Assembly (NCBI GenBank): GCA_048885865.1 | Contig: JBHLLF010000003.1 | Span: 64,001 to 128,000 of the forward strand | Direction of reading: 5' to 3' | Length of the DNA stretch: 64,000 nucleotides | Source: Candidatus Hermodarchaeota archaeon | GTDB taxonomy: Archaea; Asgardarchaeota; Thorarchaeia; Thorarchaeales; Thorarchaeaceae | Shown here: positions 49,359 through 58,768 of the stretch, one piece after another | Position numbering within the stretch: the stretch's first letter is position 1 | Layout of the letters: each line of letters opens with the position of its first letter | Notes under the pieces: generated by a model | The model's input: only the letters and a program-made list of their open reading frames with translations | Told to the model about the DNA's origin: nothing | The model's database searches: none | Position numbers and translations under genes: made by a program

Positions 49359-51488
49359 TCATTCTCCTCCAATAGTAATCTTCACATCCACTGCAATGGC
49401 ACCCTTGCCCTTCTCGTAAGCGAATGCAGGATTGATATCCATTTCCACAATATCCTCGAAATCGGATACAAGCTGTGATATCCGCAAGATTGTGTCAACT
49501 ACTGCATCAATATCACTTGGTTCCTCGCCCCTTACTCCGCTAAGCAATGTGCCCATTTTTGTTTCAGAAATCAAATCAGCTGCATCACTACGCGTCATGG
49601 GTGCAAGTCTGAATGCTACATCCTTCAGATAGTTGACAAAGATCCCTCCGGCTCCGAACATGATCATCGGACCAAACTGAATATCGCGCGAGCATCCGAT
49701 GATCAGCTCCTTTCCCTTCTCTGCAAGTTCCTGAACATCTACACCATAGACGACAGCCCTAGGCACACGGGTCTTGACATTATCAAGAATCTTAAGAAAG
49801 GCATTTTCGACCTCTTCTTTGGAGTTCATGCCAATCATTAGACCGCCAATGTCGCTCTTGTGAACGATATCTGGACTAGCAATTTTCATGACAACAGGGA
49901 AACCAATATCTACAGCAATTGCCTTGGCTTCCTCTGCACCTGTAGCCAGTTTCGTTCTCGCAACCCGAATACCATATGCTTCAGCTACCTCGTGCGCTTC
50001 GCTGCCCAGCATCACTCTTCTTCGGTCATTTCGAACGCTTTTGATTATCTCCTTGACACGCTTCTTATCCACCTTGAACTTAGCAGGTGCTTCATCCTTT
50101 AGGCTATCCCGCAGGAGAGTGTATCGATAGAGTTCAGCGATAGCATTTACAGCACGCTCAGGAAAGGCGAAGACCGGAACACCTCCCTCATTCAATACAA
50201 TTCGTGGGTAAATCATCGAGTTCCCGCCCATGAACACAGCTAGGAGAGGCTTGTTTGGATATTTCTTGTGAGATTCAACAATTACTTGAGCGGTCTCTGT
50301 TTCTTTTGTCATCGCTTGCGGCGTAAGCAGAACCAGAACAGAATCAACATTTTCATCCTGAAGTGTAGCCTCAACACAAAGGGCATAATCCTCTGGTTGG
50401 GCAGTCCCAAGTGCATCCACTGGGTTGTATACTGATGCTGCGGAAGGCAATCCATTCTTCATCTTCTCGATAGTGGATGGTGAGAATTGGGCCGTCTGTA
50501 AACCATTCATCTCGACGGCATCAGTTGTAAGGATTCCAGGACCGCCAGCATTCGTTACAATTGCTACACGATTCCCCTTTGGCAAGTAGCAGTCATCAAA
50601 CACATTTGCCACATCAAATAGCTCTGACATACTATCTGCTCGAATCACACCGCATTGCTTGAAGGCAACAGAATAGGCTGTATCGCTCCCCGCTAATGAG
50701 CCGGTATGGGATGAGGCAGCTCTAGCGCCTGCTGTGCTAACCCCGGATTTGACGACATAGATAGGCTTGTGTGGTGCAATCTTCCTGCAAGCTTCCATGA
50801 ACTTCTTGCCGTCTACCACCGATTCTATGTAAAGAAGTAAGAAATTCGTGTCGGGATCTCTTCCGAAGGCTTCTATGAAATCTGCTTCATCCAGTTGAGC
50901 TTTGTTTCCCAGACTCACGAATTTTGAAAAACCAATCTTCTCCATTAGACTCCAATCAAGAATCCCTGTCATCAGGGCACCAGATTGAGAGGCAAAAGCT
51001 ACACTGCCTTTCACTGGAGTGCCTGCGGCAAATGATGCATTGTAGGGTGCGAAGGTGTTCACAATTCCCAAGCAATTCGGCCCTTGCACAATCATACCAT
51101 ATTTCTCTGCCATCTCAACTATCTTCTTCTCGGCTTCTTGGCCTTCGTGTCCGATTTCCTTGAAACCCGCGGTGATTATGACTAGAGCAGTGACGCCCTT
51201 CTCGCCGCACTCCTCAATGACTGGAAGGACAAATCTAGCAGGAATGACTATAACTGCTACATCAACGTCCCCTGCAACCTCAGAAACAGAACGATACACC
51301 TTGAGATCCAGAATCTCTCCACCCCTAGGATTAATCGGGTATACTCTTCCCTCAAAACCGCTTTCAATCAGGTTTCGTACTACATCATTGCCCAGTTTTC
51401 CCTTGGTTGCTGATGCGCCTATCACTGCTATCGATTTTGGATTGAATAATACATCAATGCCCTTCTGTCTGTCCACCTTCAAGCACAA
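49359..51488 (-). CDS. acdAB: ADP-forming acetate/acyl-CoA ligase, fused alpha-beta subunits
   Basis: PKSIAVIGAS, GPNCLG, SQSGA, SHTGSLAG, TNAGGPG, NPVD, HKSDIGG, DINP. Confidence 0.92.
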   Translation of the reverse strand: MCLKVDRQKGIDVLFNPKSIAVIGASATKGKLGNDVVRNLIESGFEGRVYPINPRGGEILDLKVYRSVSEVAGDVDVAVIVIPARFVLPVIEECGEKGVTALVIITAGFKEIGHEGQEAEKKIVEMAEKYGMIVQGPNCLGIVNTFAPYNASFAAGTPVKGSVAFASQSGALMTGILDWSLMEKIGFSKFVSLGNKAQLDEADFIEAFGRDPDTNFLLLYIESVVDGKKFMEACRKIAPHKPIYVVKSGVSTAGARAASSHTGSLAGSDTAYSVAFKQCGVIRADSMSELFDVANVFDDCYLPKGNRVAIVTNAGGPGILTTDAVEMNGLQTAQFSPSTIEKMKNGLPSAASVYNPVDALGTAQPEDYALCVEATLQDENVDSVLVLLTPQAMTKETETAQVIVESHKKYPNKPLLAVFMGGNSMIYPRIVLNEGGVPVFAFPERAVNAIAELYRYTLLRDSLKDEAPAKFKVDKKRVKEIIKSVRNDRRRVMLGSEAHEVAEAYGIRVARTKLATGAEEAKAIAVDIGFPVVMKIASPDIVHKSDIGGLMIGMNSKEEVENAFLKILDNVKTRVPRAVVYGVDVQELAEKGKELIIGCSRDIQFGPMIMFGAGGIFVNYLKDVAFRLAPMTRSDAADLISETKMGTLLSGVRGEEPSDIDAVVDTILRISQLVSDFEDIVEMDINPAFAYEKGKGAIAVDVKITIGGE

Positions 51489-51663
51489 CCAGGACTAAAT
51501 CAATGCCGGAATCTTCGTACCAAGGATGGATGATATACCTTCTGCCAATGAGGCAAATTAGACCTCCAAGAAAGGAACGGCGCATCCAGTTTCATATATG
51601 AGACCCAGTATTACTCGCAATCATATTCATGTGTTACGTGGGTTTCACACAGGTGATACCCAG

Positions 51664-51804
51664 ATGAAGCTCGTAACTTTGCACATTCCTGAAACATACG
51701 TTGAAGGACTAGAGAAATTGGTGGACAGTAATCTCTATCCAAATCGCTCTGAGGCAATCAGGATTGCCATTCGCGATCTCCTGAAGAGAGAGCTGTGGAG
51801 CTAA
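51664..51804 (+). CDS. Ribbon-helix-helix regulator, CdrS-like (copy 1)
   Basis: MKLVTLHIPETYVEGLEKLVDSNLYPNRSEAIRIAIRDLLKRELWS; AGGTGA SD before ATG 51664. Confidence 0.88.
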   Translation: MKLVTLHIPETYVEGLEKLVDSNLYPNRSEAIRIAIRDLLKRELWS

Positions 51805-51821
51805 AAGGAGTAGATGAGAAA

Positions 51822-51962
51822 ATGAAGCTAATTACGCTTCATGTCCCTGAGCAGTACATAGAAGGTCTTGAGAAGTTGGTCGACAACAAGCTCTATCCAA
51901 ACAGGTCTGAGGCCATTCGTATTGCTATACGAGACCTCTTGAAGAGAGAGCTCTGGGGCTAG
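51822..51962 (+). CDS. Ribbon-helix-helix regulator, CdrS-like (copy 2, absent from the ORF track)
   Basis: Translated by hand: MKLITLHVPEQYIEGLEKLVDNKLYPNRSEAIRIAIRDLLKRELWG*; AGGAG upstream. Confidence 0.88.
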   Translation: MKLITLHVPEQYIEGLEKLVDNKLYPNRSEAIRIAIRDLLKRELWG

Positions 51963-52013
51963 AAGCACATTTGGATTTGGCGCCAGCGAAAAAAAGATAC
52001 GAGCCCAATTTAG

Positions 52014-52071
52014 GCATCCGAGATTGATTGAAAAGCGCTTTTTCTTCGGATGCAATGTCGACTTCAAGTCG
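52014..52071. promoter_or_regulatory. Nested palindromes between the RHH pair and the Cys-rich gene pair
   Basis: GCATCCGA..TCGGATGC enclosing AAAAGCGCTTTT, then CGACTTCAAGTCG. Confidence 0.4.
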
Positions 52072-52197
52072 TGCTTTATTTACAGACAGATACAAAATTT
52101 AATATGGCCTCATATAATATAATCAATGGCAGGCGGGAACCTGCTAGACCTCGCGACTCGGAGTTTGGCTGCAACATCGACCAGGAGCATCATGTGA

Positions 52198-53169
52198 ATG
52201 GGACTAGACTCAACCGCCATGGCGGGACCTTTGAGTGGCAATAATCGCTTTGTGAAGGGATGCCCCTGTCTCAAAGAGTTCGGCAGTGAGAAGGTCTGCC
52301 TGAACAATGATGATGTTGTCCCAATTGTCACTATCGCAGTCGATCCAATGTTCCTGGGAGAAGCCACAACACCCGCGGAACTTGCTAATCTCAAGAGCGA
52401 CAATGAGAGTATGTGCTACCTTCTGATTTTTCTTGATGCTGATGCTGATCATACCCATTGTATTAGCCAGGGCCAGAAAATTCGGATTAATTCACAAGAT
52501 GTCAAGGCCTCTGAGATTCTTGCCGCTCTCCAATTTGTAACTACTGCGGAACAGGCAAGTGATGGCATTGCGTGCTCTTCTTGCCTCTACAAGTATCTTG
52601 TCACACTTGGAGAGACGTTTGACGATGTGCTTTCGGAAGCCGAACGTTCAGAGTTAATTTCTGCCTATGTGAAGAATATCACGTCTCAGATGGCTACAGA
52701 GCTGATTGGGAGCGATAAAACAACAGACCCAGAAATGATCGATGAACTTGTAAGCAGTCGAATCAGCAAGCTCCTCACCTTGAGAATAACTTGGGCATCA
52801 ATTCTGCATGACCTCAATAAAGACAATGGTGACAGAAAACTCATTGACCTAATTCGACGCTATAGACAGCTAGCGAGATTTGAAACAATATTCCTCTTTC
52901 AAGTTTCGACCCTGAGGGAGTCAGAAGACAAAGAGGTATCCCTCGGTCTCTTGAGATTCATGGTGGATGTTGCAGAGCGTATTGTCAGACTGATTTCATT
53001 AATCAGAGATTCGACACACTCTGTGGCAGAGTCCAATAATGTGCCAGAACACATACGTGATCTCTTGGACGAGCAAATCGAAGATCGCAATCGAACAGAA
53101 GAGTGGTTCACAAATCTTGTGAAATTGCTTAATACGATTGAGATACGCACGGCACAAAAATCCTCATAA
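52198..53169 (+). CDS. Cys-rich hypothetical protein (paralog A)
   Basis: VKGCPCLKEFGSEKVCLN, CY, CISQG, CSSCLYKYL; helical C-terminal half. Confidence 0.75.
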   Translation: MGLDSTAMAGPLSGNNRFVKGCPCLKEFGSEKVCLNNDDVVPIVTIAVDPMFLGEATTPAELANLKSDNESMCYLLIFLDADADHTHCISQGQKIRINSQDVKASEILAALQFVTTAEQASDGIACSSCLYKYLVTLGETFDDVLSEAERSELISAYVKNITSQMATELIGSDKTTDPEMIDELVSSRISKLLTLRITWASILHDLNKDNGDRKLIDLIRRYRQLARFETIFLFQVSTLRESEDKEVSLGLLRFMVDVAERIVRLISLIRDSTHSVAESNNVPEHIRDLLDEQIEDRNRTEEWFTNLVKLLNTIEIRTAQKSS

Positions 53170-53227
53170 ACGTGAGCGTCACTGAGAAGTGAGGTTAAGT
53201 AAAAGACCTGCTAGATAGAAATCGTAA

Positions 53228-54211
53228 ATGGAGCCCGATGGAGTGACTGTAGGACTGAATGATGGGCAGAGCCAGAGTCAAATAAAGCTGGTCAGAGGCT
53301 GTCCATGCTACAAGGTCTTCGGTGATGAGAAGCTTTGTGTCAATGATGACAAGGTCCTCGAAGTTGAGGCCATCGAGATAGATCCCATGCTCTTTTCGTA
53401 TCATAAGACCAGAGAGAGCATGAAGGCCGAAGAGGCCATGGATGACAATGTATGCTATACAGCAATCTTCGTCAACCATCCGGACAATAGGGTTTTTTGT
53501 ATCTCTCAAGGGTGGGTTCTTAGAATCCATGGAAGGAATGTTCCGGGCGACGACTTGGAAGATGCATTGCAGTTCCTTTCGACGAAGGACCTCTCAGCGA
53601 GTGCCGAGATATGTTCCGAATGCCTCTACAAATTCCTACTCACCCTTTCGGACAAATTTGCAGACACGATGTCAAAGAAGGAGAAGACTGACGAAGTAAA
53701 GCGCTATGTTGACAAGTTTTCGCTCATGATAGCTGTAAAAGCGAGCCAAACTGACAAGATGATGGAGCCGATAGGAACTGAGGATGATATTGAGGAAGGT
53801 GTCGATCACTTCGAATTCCTTAGGAAGTACCTTGTGCAGCTCCTTGAACAGCAGCAGTCCTGGACCGAGCTTTTGAGCGAGTTCTCTGATGAAACAGATA
53901 TTTGGCTACGAAACATTGTAGAGATGAGAGTCCGCCTAGCTAGACTGGAGTATCAATTCTACAGTCAGACACTACAGATAAGAGACATAAACGACTTCAA
54001 TATGCTAATCAAAATGCTCCAGTTCATACTCAAGACATCCAGCGACATTCTGAATCTGAATGATGAAATTCATTCGGAGATACGATCCAAGAAATTCTGC
54101 AAGGAAGCCGAGTCAGACTCCAGATTAGATATTCTGGCATCCTATGGGGACAAGAGTAGAACAGTTGAGCACAACTTCGGGAATATTCTTCAAATCCTCA
54201 GCAAGCTGTGA
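53228..54211 (+). CDS. Cys-rich hypothetical protein (paralog B)
   Basis: VRGCPCYKVFGDEKLCVN, CY, CISQG, CSECLYKFL; helical C-terminal half. Confidence 0.78.
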   Translation: MEPDGVTVGLNDGQSQSQIKLVRGCPCYKVFGDEKLCVNDDKVLEVEAIEIDPMLFSYHKTRESMKAEEAMDDNVCYTAIFVNHPDNRVFCISQGWVLRIHGRNVPGDDLEDALQFLSTKDLSASAEICSECLYKFLLTLSDKFADTMSKKEKTDEVKRYVDKFSLMIAVKASQTDKMMEPIGTEDDIEEGVDHFEFLRKYLVQLLEQQQSWTELLSEFSDETDIWLRNIVEMRVRLARLEYQFYSQTLQIRDINDFNMLIKMLQFILKTSSDILNLNDEIHSEIRSKKFCKEAESDSRLDILASYGDKSRTVEHNFGNILQILSKL

Positions 54212-54231
54212 TTCTGCATTTCCATGCAATA

Positions 54232-55182
54232 CTACTTGAGTGCGCCGAAGGTTTCCACAAGCCAGTTTAGGTATAGCTTCACTCCTTGCTTCAGAGAGAC
54301 CTCTTGTTTCCAGCCAGCTTTTCGTAGCAATCCAACATCTAGGTCAGTAAGCAGCACATCTCCGGACCAACCACGTTCAGATCCGGTGTAGTGGATTTCA
54401 ACCTCGGTTTCAGTGAGCTCTTCAGCAACCAGCTCAGCAATTTCTCTAACCTTTAGTCGTTCTCCTGAACCCACGTTGACTGGTGTGTACCCCGAACTCA
54501 AATTCTCAGCTAATGTGACAGTCGCATTGATAGCATCTGTCACATACATGTAGGATTTCTCTTGAAGGCCAGTTCCTAGGACTTCGAGTCGATTCGGATT
54601 CTCCTTTAGTTTCTCATAGAAATCAAAAATCACGCCATGAGTCAGTCGGGGTCCAATTATGTTTGCCAGTCTTAGACTTACGGAATCAAATCCATACAAT
54701 TCCGAATACGATGAGAGATACATTTCAACGGCACACTTTGCTGCCCCATAATTGCTGATGGGCTTGAGCGGGGTTGATTCAGGTGTAGGCAGAATTTCTG
54801 AATCACCGTATACAGTCCCTCCAGAGGATGCAAACACAATTTCGGTAACATCATTCATTCTCATAGCCTCCATTATCTGGAGACTTCCTTGCACATTTAT
54901 CCCGAAATCCAATAGCGGTTGAGCTATGCTGAGCCTTACGTCTGGCTGTGCGGCAAAATGATAGACAATGTCAACACCATTCATTACTTGGGATATATCA
55001 TCCTCAGAGGTGATTGAGCCATTCACAAACAGGAACTTGACGTTGTCTTCGTGTTGCCGAAGGTTATTCATGAGCCCACTTGAAAGGTCATCTAGCACAA
55101 CCACCTCGTTTTCTATCAATAGACGATCAACGAGATGGCTTCCAAGAAAGCCAGCTCCACCAGTCACCAGTATTCTTGCCAT
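54232..55182 (-). CDS. NAD-dependent epimerase/dehydratase (UDP-glucose 4-epimerase-like)
   Basis: TGGAGFLGSH, FASS, YGAAK, LGTGLQEKSYMYV. Confidence 0.9.
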   Translation of the reverse strand: MARILVTGGAGFLGSHLVDRLLIENEVVVLDDLSSGLMNNLRQHEDNVKFLFVNGSITSEDDISQVMNGVDIVYHFAAQPDVRLSIAQPLLDFGINVQGSLQIMEAMRMNDVTEIVFASSGGTVYGDSEILPTPESTPLKPISNYGAAKCAVEMYLSSYSELYGFDSVSLRLANIIGPRLTHGVIFDFYEKLKENPNRLEVLGTGLQEKSYMYVTDAINATVTLAENLSSGYTPVNVGSGERLKVREIAELVAEELTETEVEIHYTGSERGWSGDVLLTDLDVGLLRKAGWKQEVSLKQGVKLYLNWLVETFGALK

Positions 55183-55224
55183 TGCATTCAGTCCGCAAGT
55201 TCTTAACTTTGGCATTAAGTTTTG

Positions 55225-55800
55225 CTAGGTCGTGAAACGTGTATCGGAAAGGATGGTTTCAATCAGCAACAAAGCACTGGGAGTTTCTTGATTTTCATTC
55301 CATTCTGATACGAATTCGCGGTATAACGATAATTCTCTCAAGATGTCGAATGATATATCCTCAAGTTCGTCAATTCCAATTTCAGTTCCCGCACCCAAGC
55401 CCGGACAAATCTCTTTCACTGCGCTCAAGCCCCACGTAGTTTCGCCCTCTTTCTCTTGAAACACAAAAGGAAATGACCTGCAGACTCCAGGTCTAAACTG
55501 ATGAATCATGCATAGATCGTCTGACAAGAATATACATTCATTATTTTCCATTTTGCGGAGAGCCATATACGCCGCTCCATGTTCAGTGTTCACAGAAGGT
55601 ATATCCCTCATACCTACGGGCGGGTTACCACCATTTTCTGGTAGCAAATAGAAGTCCAATGCACGAAGTGTCTCGGATGCAGACATACCCAAGAAGAGTG
55701 ATAGTCGGACTATGTCATTGCCGGTGACAGTCACTAGAAGCTCCTCCTCCCTACAACAGGCTCCGCATTTTGTACACTCGAAATGGACCTTAGTTCCCAG
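55225..55800 (-). CDS. YkgJ/CxxCxxCC family Fe-S/Zn cluster protein
   Basis: In-frame extension upstream of ORF-track start 55734 encodes FECTKCGACC; also CIFL, CMIH..RP..CRSFPF, CPG; probable CTG start at 55800 after AGGTGG. Confidence 0.82.
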   Translation of the reverse strand: MGTKVHFECTKCGACCREEELLVTVTGNDIVRLSLFLGMSASETLRALDFYLLPENGGNPPVGMRDIPSVNTEHGAAYMALRKMENNECIFLSDDLCMIHQFRPGVCRSFPFVFQEKEGETTWGLSAVKEICPGLGAGTEIGIDELEDISFDILRELSLYREFVSEWNENQETPSALLLIETILSDTRFTT

Positions 55801-55859
55801 ATTTAGCCACCTCTCTCTGCACTAACAATCTCGCCTCTTAAAGGAAGGCAAAGCACAAA

Positions 55860-57026
55860 TCAGCTTAATGAAGGTAGAAATGCCTCTAGCGAATCCAACC
55901 CCTGCTCTATTGTTTCTTGAGACGCGGCATAACAGAACCGCAGATAACCGTCAAACGCTCTTCCAAATACCGAACCAGAAGCAGTGGAAACGCCTGCTTT
56001 CATAAGAAGCAACTCGGCGATTGTATTGCTGCTTAGACCATAGGCACTGAAGTCTGGAAATGCGTAGAAAGCACCTTCTGGCATTTCGCACTCGACATCT
56101 TCTATATCGCGAAGCCGCTCGACCATATAGTTCCGACGAGCTTCGTAAGCTTCCCGCATTTTAGTGATATGACTCTGGTCACTCTCTAATGCCACAGCGC
56201 CCGCATATTGCACAAATGATGTAGGACATGAAGTAGTGTTCTGTTGTATCCGCACCATATTCCCGATTGTTTCAGGATTCCCGATTGCATATCCGAGGCG
56301 CCAACCAGTCATACTGTAGGCCTTGGAGAATCCACTAATTACAAGTGTATGCTCCATGGCTGGATCCACCTCAAGCATGGATGATTGCTTAAAGCCATCA
56401 TAAACAAGCGACTCGTAAATCTCATCACTGAACACGACAAAATCGTAGTCTGTGGCAAGTTCATAGATGAGCTTCAGGTGGTCCTTGGAAAGAACTCCCC
56501 CAGATGGATTATTGGGGGTATTGATGATGATGGCTGTTACGCTCTTGTTGACACTGCACTTCAGTGCTTCTTCATCCAGTTTATACCCAGGCAAAGTTGA
56601 AACATCCCTTGGTTTCCCACCTGCCATTCGGACTAGCACGCGATACGTGGGCCAAGCAGGAGATAGAAGGAGCACATCATCACCTGCATCAAGCGTGCTC
56701 AGAAAGCCCTTGAATAGAGCCATCTTTGCTCCAGGAGTCACTATCACATCTTTTCGCCCATCGATTTCAATGCCTCGAGTTGCATAATGATTCTGGATAG
56801 CATCAAGTAGTTGCGGTATCCCCCGAGATGAGGTATATTTTGTGAGGCCTTTGCTTAGAGCAGTATTTGCCGCTTCCACGATATGGGGAGGGGTGGGGAA
56901 ATCTGGCTGTCCCACTTCGAAATGGTATACGGTCTTCCCCTTGGCTTCCAATCGGGAAGCCAGCTCAAACATCTTCAGGGTTCCAGAAGGCGGTATTCGT
57001 TCCATATGATGGCTTGTCCAGTCCAT
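55860..57026 (-). CDS. Class I/II PLP-dependent aminotransferase (aspartate aminotransferase-like)
   Basis: GQPDF, NTPNNPSG, SDEIY, GFSKAYSMTGWRLG, PEGAFY. Confidence 0.93.
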   Translation of the reverse strand: MDWTSHHMERIPPSGTLKMFELASRLEAKGKTVYHFEVGQPDFPTPPHIVEAANTALSKGLTKYTSSRGIPQLLDAIQNHYATRGIEIDGRKDVIVTPGAKMALFKGFLSTLDAGDDVLLLSPAWPTYRVLVRMAGGKPRDVSTLPGYKLDEEALKCSVNKSVTAIIINTPNNPSGGVLSKDHLKLIYELATDYDFVVFSDEIYESLVYDGFKQSSMLEVDPAMEHTLVISGFSKAYSMTGWRLGYAIGNPETIGNMVRIQQNTTSCPTSFVQYAGAVALESDQSHITKMREAYEARRNYMVERLRDIEDVECEMPEGAFYAFPDFSAYGLSSNTIAELLLMKAGVSTASGSVFGRAFDGYLRFCYAASQETIEQGLDSLEAFLPSLS

Positions 57027-57122
57027 ACGTCATGCCTCACCTTTATCTTCACGACACTCAGTCGAGAGCGTCCAGAGAAATGCGCGCTGGCTTCTAGAAC
57101 TAATATTACTTCCGGCGTGATA

Positions 57123-57950
57123 CTATAGAATCATTCGCTCCGACAGAATGTGCTTCTGATGTTCTGTGCCTCTGACTTCGATCCGATCAAGAAGCGCCTC
57201 GCCAAGGCCTAGGTCATAAGCATGTTTGAGATAAGGCACCTTCATCGAGTCTAAACCAAATAGACCAGCACAGTAAGAGTCCACCGCAACTGGATCTACA
57301 CCGACGACTACGCCACCAACTTTCATGCTTCGTCCAGTACGCCTCTTCCCTATTACAACCTCAGACAGGTCTATGACTGTCAAATTCGGACGAAATGCGC
57401 TCAGAAGATCAAGCAAGACAGATTCTAGGTGAGAATGTAGTTCCTGCTTTTCCACCTCTGGCAACAGACCAAAGAGATTCTTTATCCCGCCCCAAATCAA
57501 GCCTTCATCCGGGCGAAATTTGAGGGTCGCGACATTAACGAGAAAAAGGGGATCTTTGAGTGCTTGAGGCATTTTGTGAGGTGTGGAGAAGTGATGACCT
57601 GGCATAGCAATTGGTTCGAGTGTATCAAGTGAAAGATTGAACAGCTTAACACTCTCGGTAGCAAGATCCCTGTATCCGAGTTTCGAGTAGGCATCCTCAA
57701 CAGTCCTGTATGGATTATTACTCTCTACGAGTAGCACCTCAGTATTGTTCTCAAAAAGGCCAACGACTGCTCTTATCACTTCAAGGGAAGTATTTCCTGG
57801 AAATTCCGGATCAAGAATTGAGGGCTTTATAACAACGCGTGTTTCAGTCCCTGTAATGGGTAGGGGTTGCGTTAGCTTTGACAGAGCAGTTGCAAGAGCT
57901 TGGCGCGGATTCTTCTTTACAGCTATTGCGACTTCTGCTGAAGTGCCCAT
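57123..57950 (-). CDS. DUF362 domain protein
   Basis: VVIKP, GIKNLFG, DPVAVD, VPYLKHA. Confidence 0.8.
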   Translation of the reverse strand: MGTSAEVAIAVKKNPRQALATALSKLTQPLPITGTETRVVIKPSILDPEFPGNTSLEVIRAVVGLFENNTEVLLVESNNPYRTVEDAYSKLGYRDLATESVKLFNLSLDTLEPIAMPGHHFSTPHKMPQALKDPLFLVNVATLKFRPDEGLIWGGIKNLFGLLPEVEKQELHSHLESVLLDLLSAFRPNLTVIDLSEVVIGKRRTGRSMKVGGVVVGVDPVAVDSYCAGLFGLDSMKVPYLKHAYDLGLGEALLDRIEVRGTEHQKHILSERMIL

Positions 57951-58000
57951 AGGTTTGACGTGGAGTCCAAGGCTTTAAGTGAGTCTATCCGTAGGACTGA

Positions 58001-58768
58001 TTGAAAATGAGCCTCAGACCAGACCAGCTTGAAAGGTACTCTAGAAACCTCAAGTTACATGATTTCAGCGAGAAGGACCAGCTAGCGCTGGGAAACACCG
58101 TAGTATCTATGGCTGGTGCCGGGGGAATTGGCAGCCCAGTGCTAAGACTCTTGGCTTCAATGGGATTTGGTGTGGTACGCATAATTGATGCAGACGCAGT
58201 CGAGCTATCCAATATCCAGCGACAGAATCTCTACAACACTGATGACATTGGGAACAAGAAGGCTGAGTGTGCTGCAGCGAATCTTGCTCTCCTTAATCCC
58301 GAAGCGGAATTCATTCCCATAGTGGAGCAAATTGATCATAGAAATGCCGAGGATATCCTACAAGGATCAAATCTCATTTTGGATGGATTGGACTCCTTTG
58401 AAGCGCGTCGTGCTGTTAACGAAGTCAGTGTGAAAAGGGGAATACCATATGTTTTTGCAGGAGCGGTTGAGTATTTTGCCAATCTATCCACCTTTATACC
58501 AGGTATTACCGGTTGCCTAAACTGCGTAATGGGGGAAGCGAAAGACCATCCAGATAGAACCGCAGCTGCAATTGGTGTATCGCCTGAGCTGCTCTCAGTG
58601 GTGGCCGGAATAGAAGTGAGAGAAGCAGTGCTTCTGGCTCTCCAACGTGAACCAAATCTGGCAAGAAAGCTCATGACAATAGACATTAGCTCCTTGAGCT
58701 TTGATATCTTCGAGATCACTAGATCTGAAACATGCAGTGTCTGTGGTCAATCAAGTGCCAAAGAATAG
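58001..58768 (+). CDS. ThiF/MoeB/HesA (E1-like) adenylyltransferase
   Basis: ERYSRN, GAGGIG, DADAVELSNIQRQ, CLNC, CSVC. Confidence 0.9.
   Translation: MKMSLRPDQLERYSRNLKLHDFSEKDQLALGNTVVSMAGAGGIGSPVLRLLASMGFGVVRIIDADAVELSNIQRQNLYNTDDIGNKKAECAAANLALLNPEAEFIPIVEQIDHRNAEDILQGSNLILDGLDSFEARRAVNEVSVKRGIPYVFAGAVEYFANLSTFIPGITGCLNCVMGEAKDHPDRTAAAIGVSPELLSVVAGIEVREAVLLALQREPNLARKLMTIDISSLSFDIFEITRSETCSVCGQSSAKE

Noticed and set aside
51598-51663. ORF-track N-terminal extension of the first RHH gene
   Set aside because: The SD (AGGTGA) and the paralog alignment place the start at 51664
51664-51962. Direct repeat as a possible CRISPR or mobile-element repeat
   Set aside because: It is a protein-coding duplication with synonymous divergence; there are no spacers or terminal repeats
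51976-51983. Canonical E2F site TTTGGCGC (also at 17037-17044) in intergenic DNA
   Set aside because: A degenerate 8-mer is expected several times by chance in 64 kb, so it cannot be tied to the E2F-like protein without enrichment or binding data
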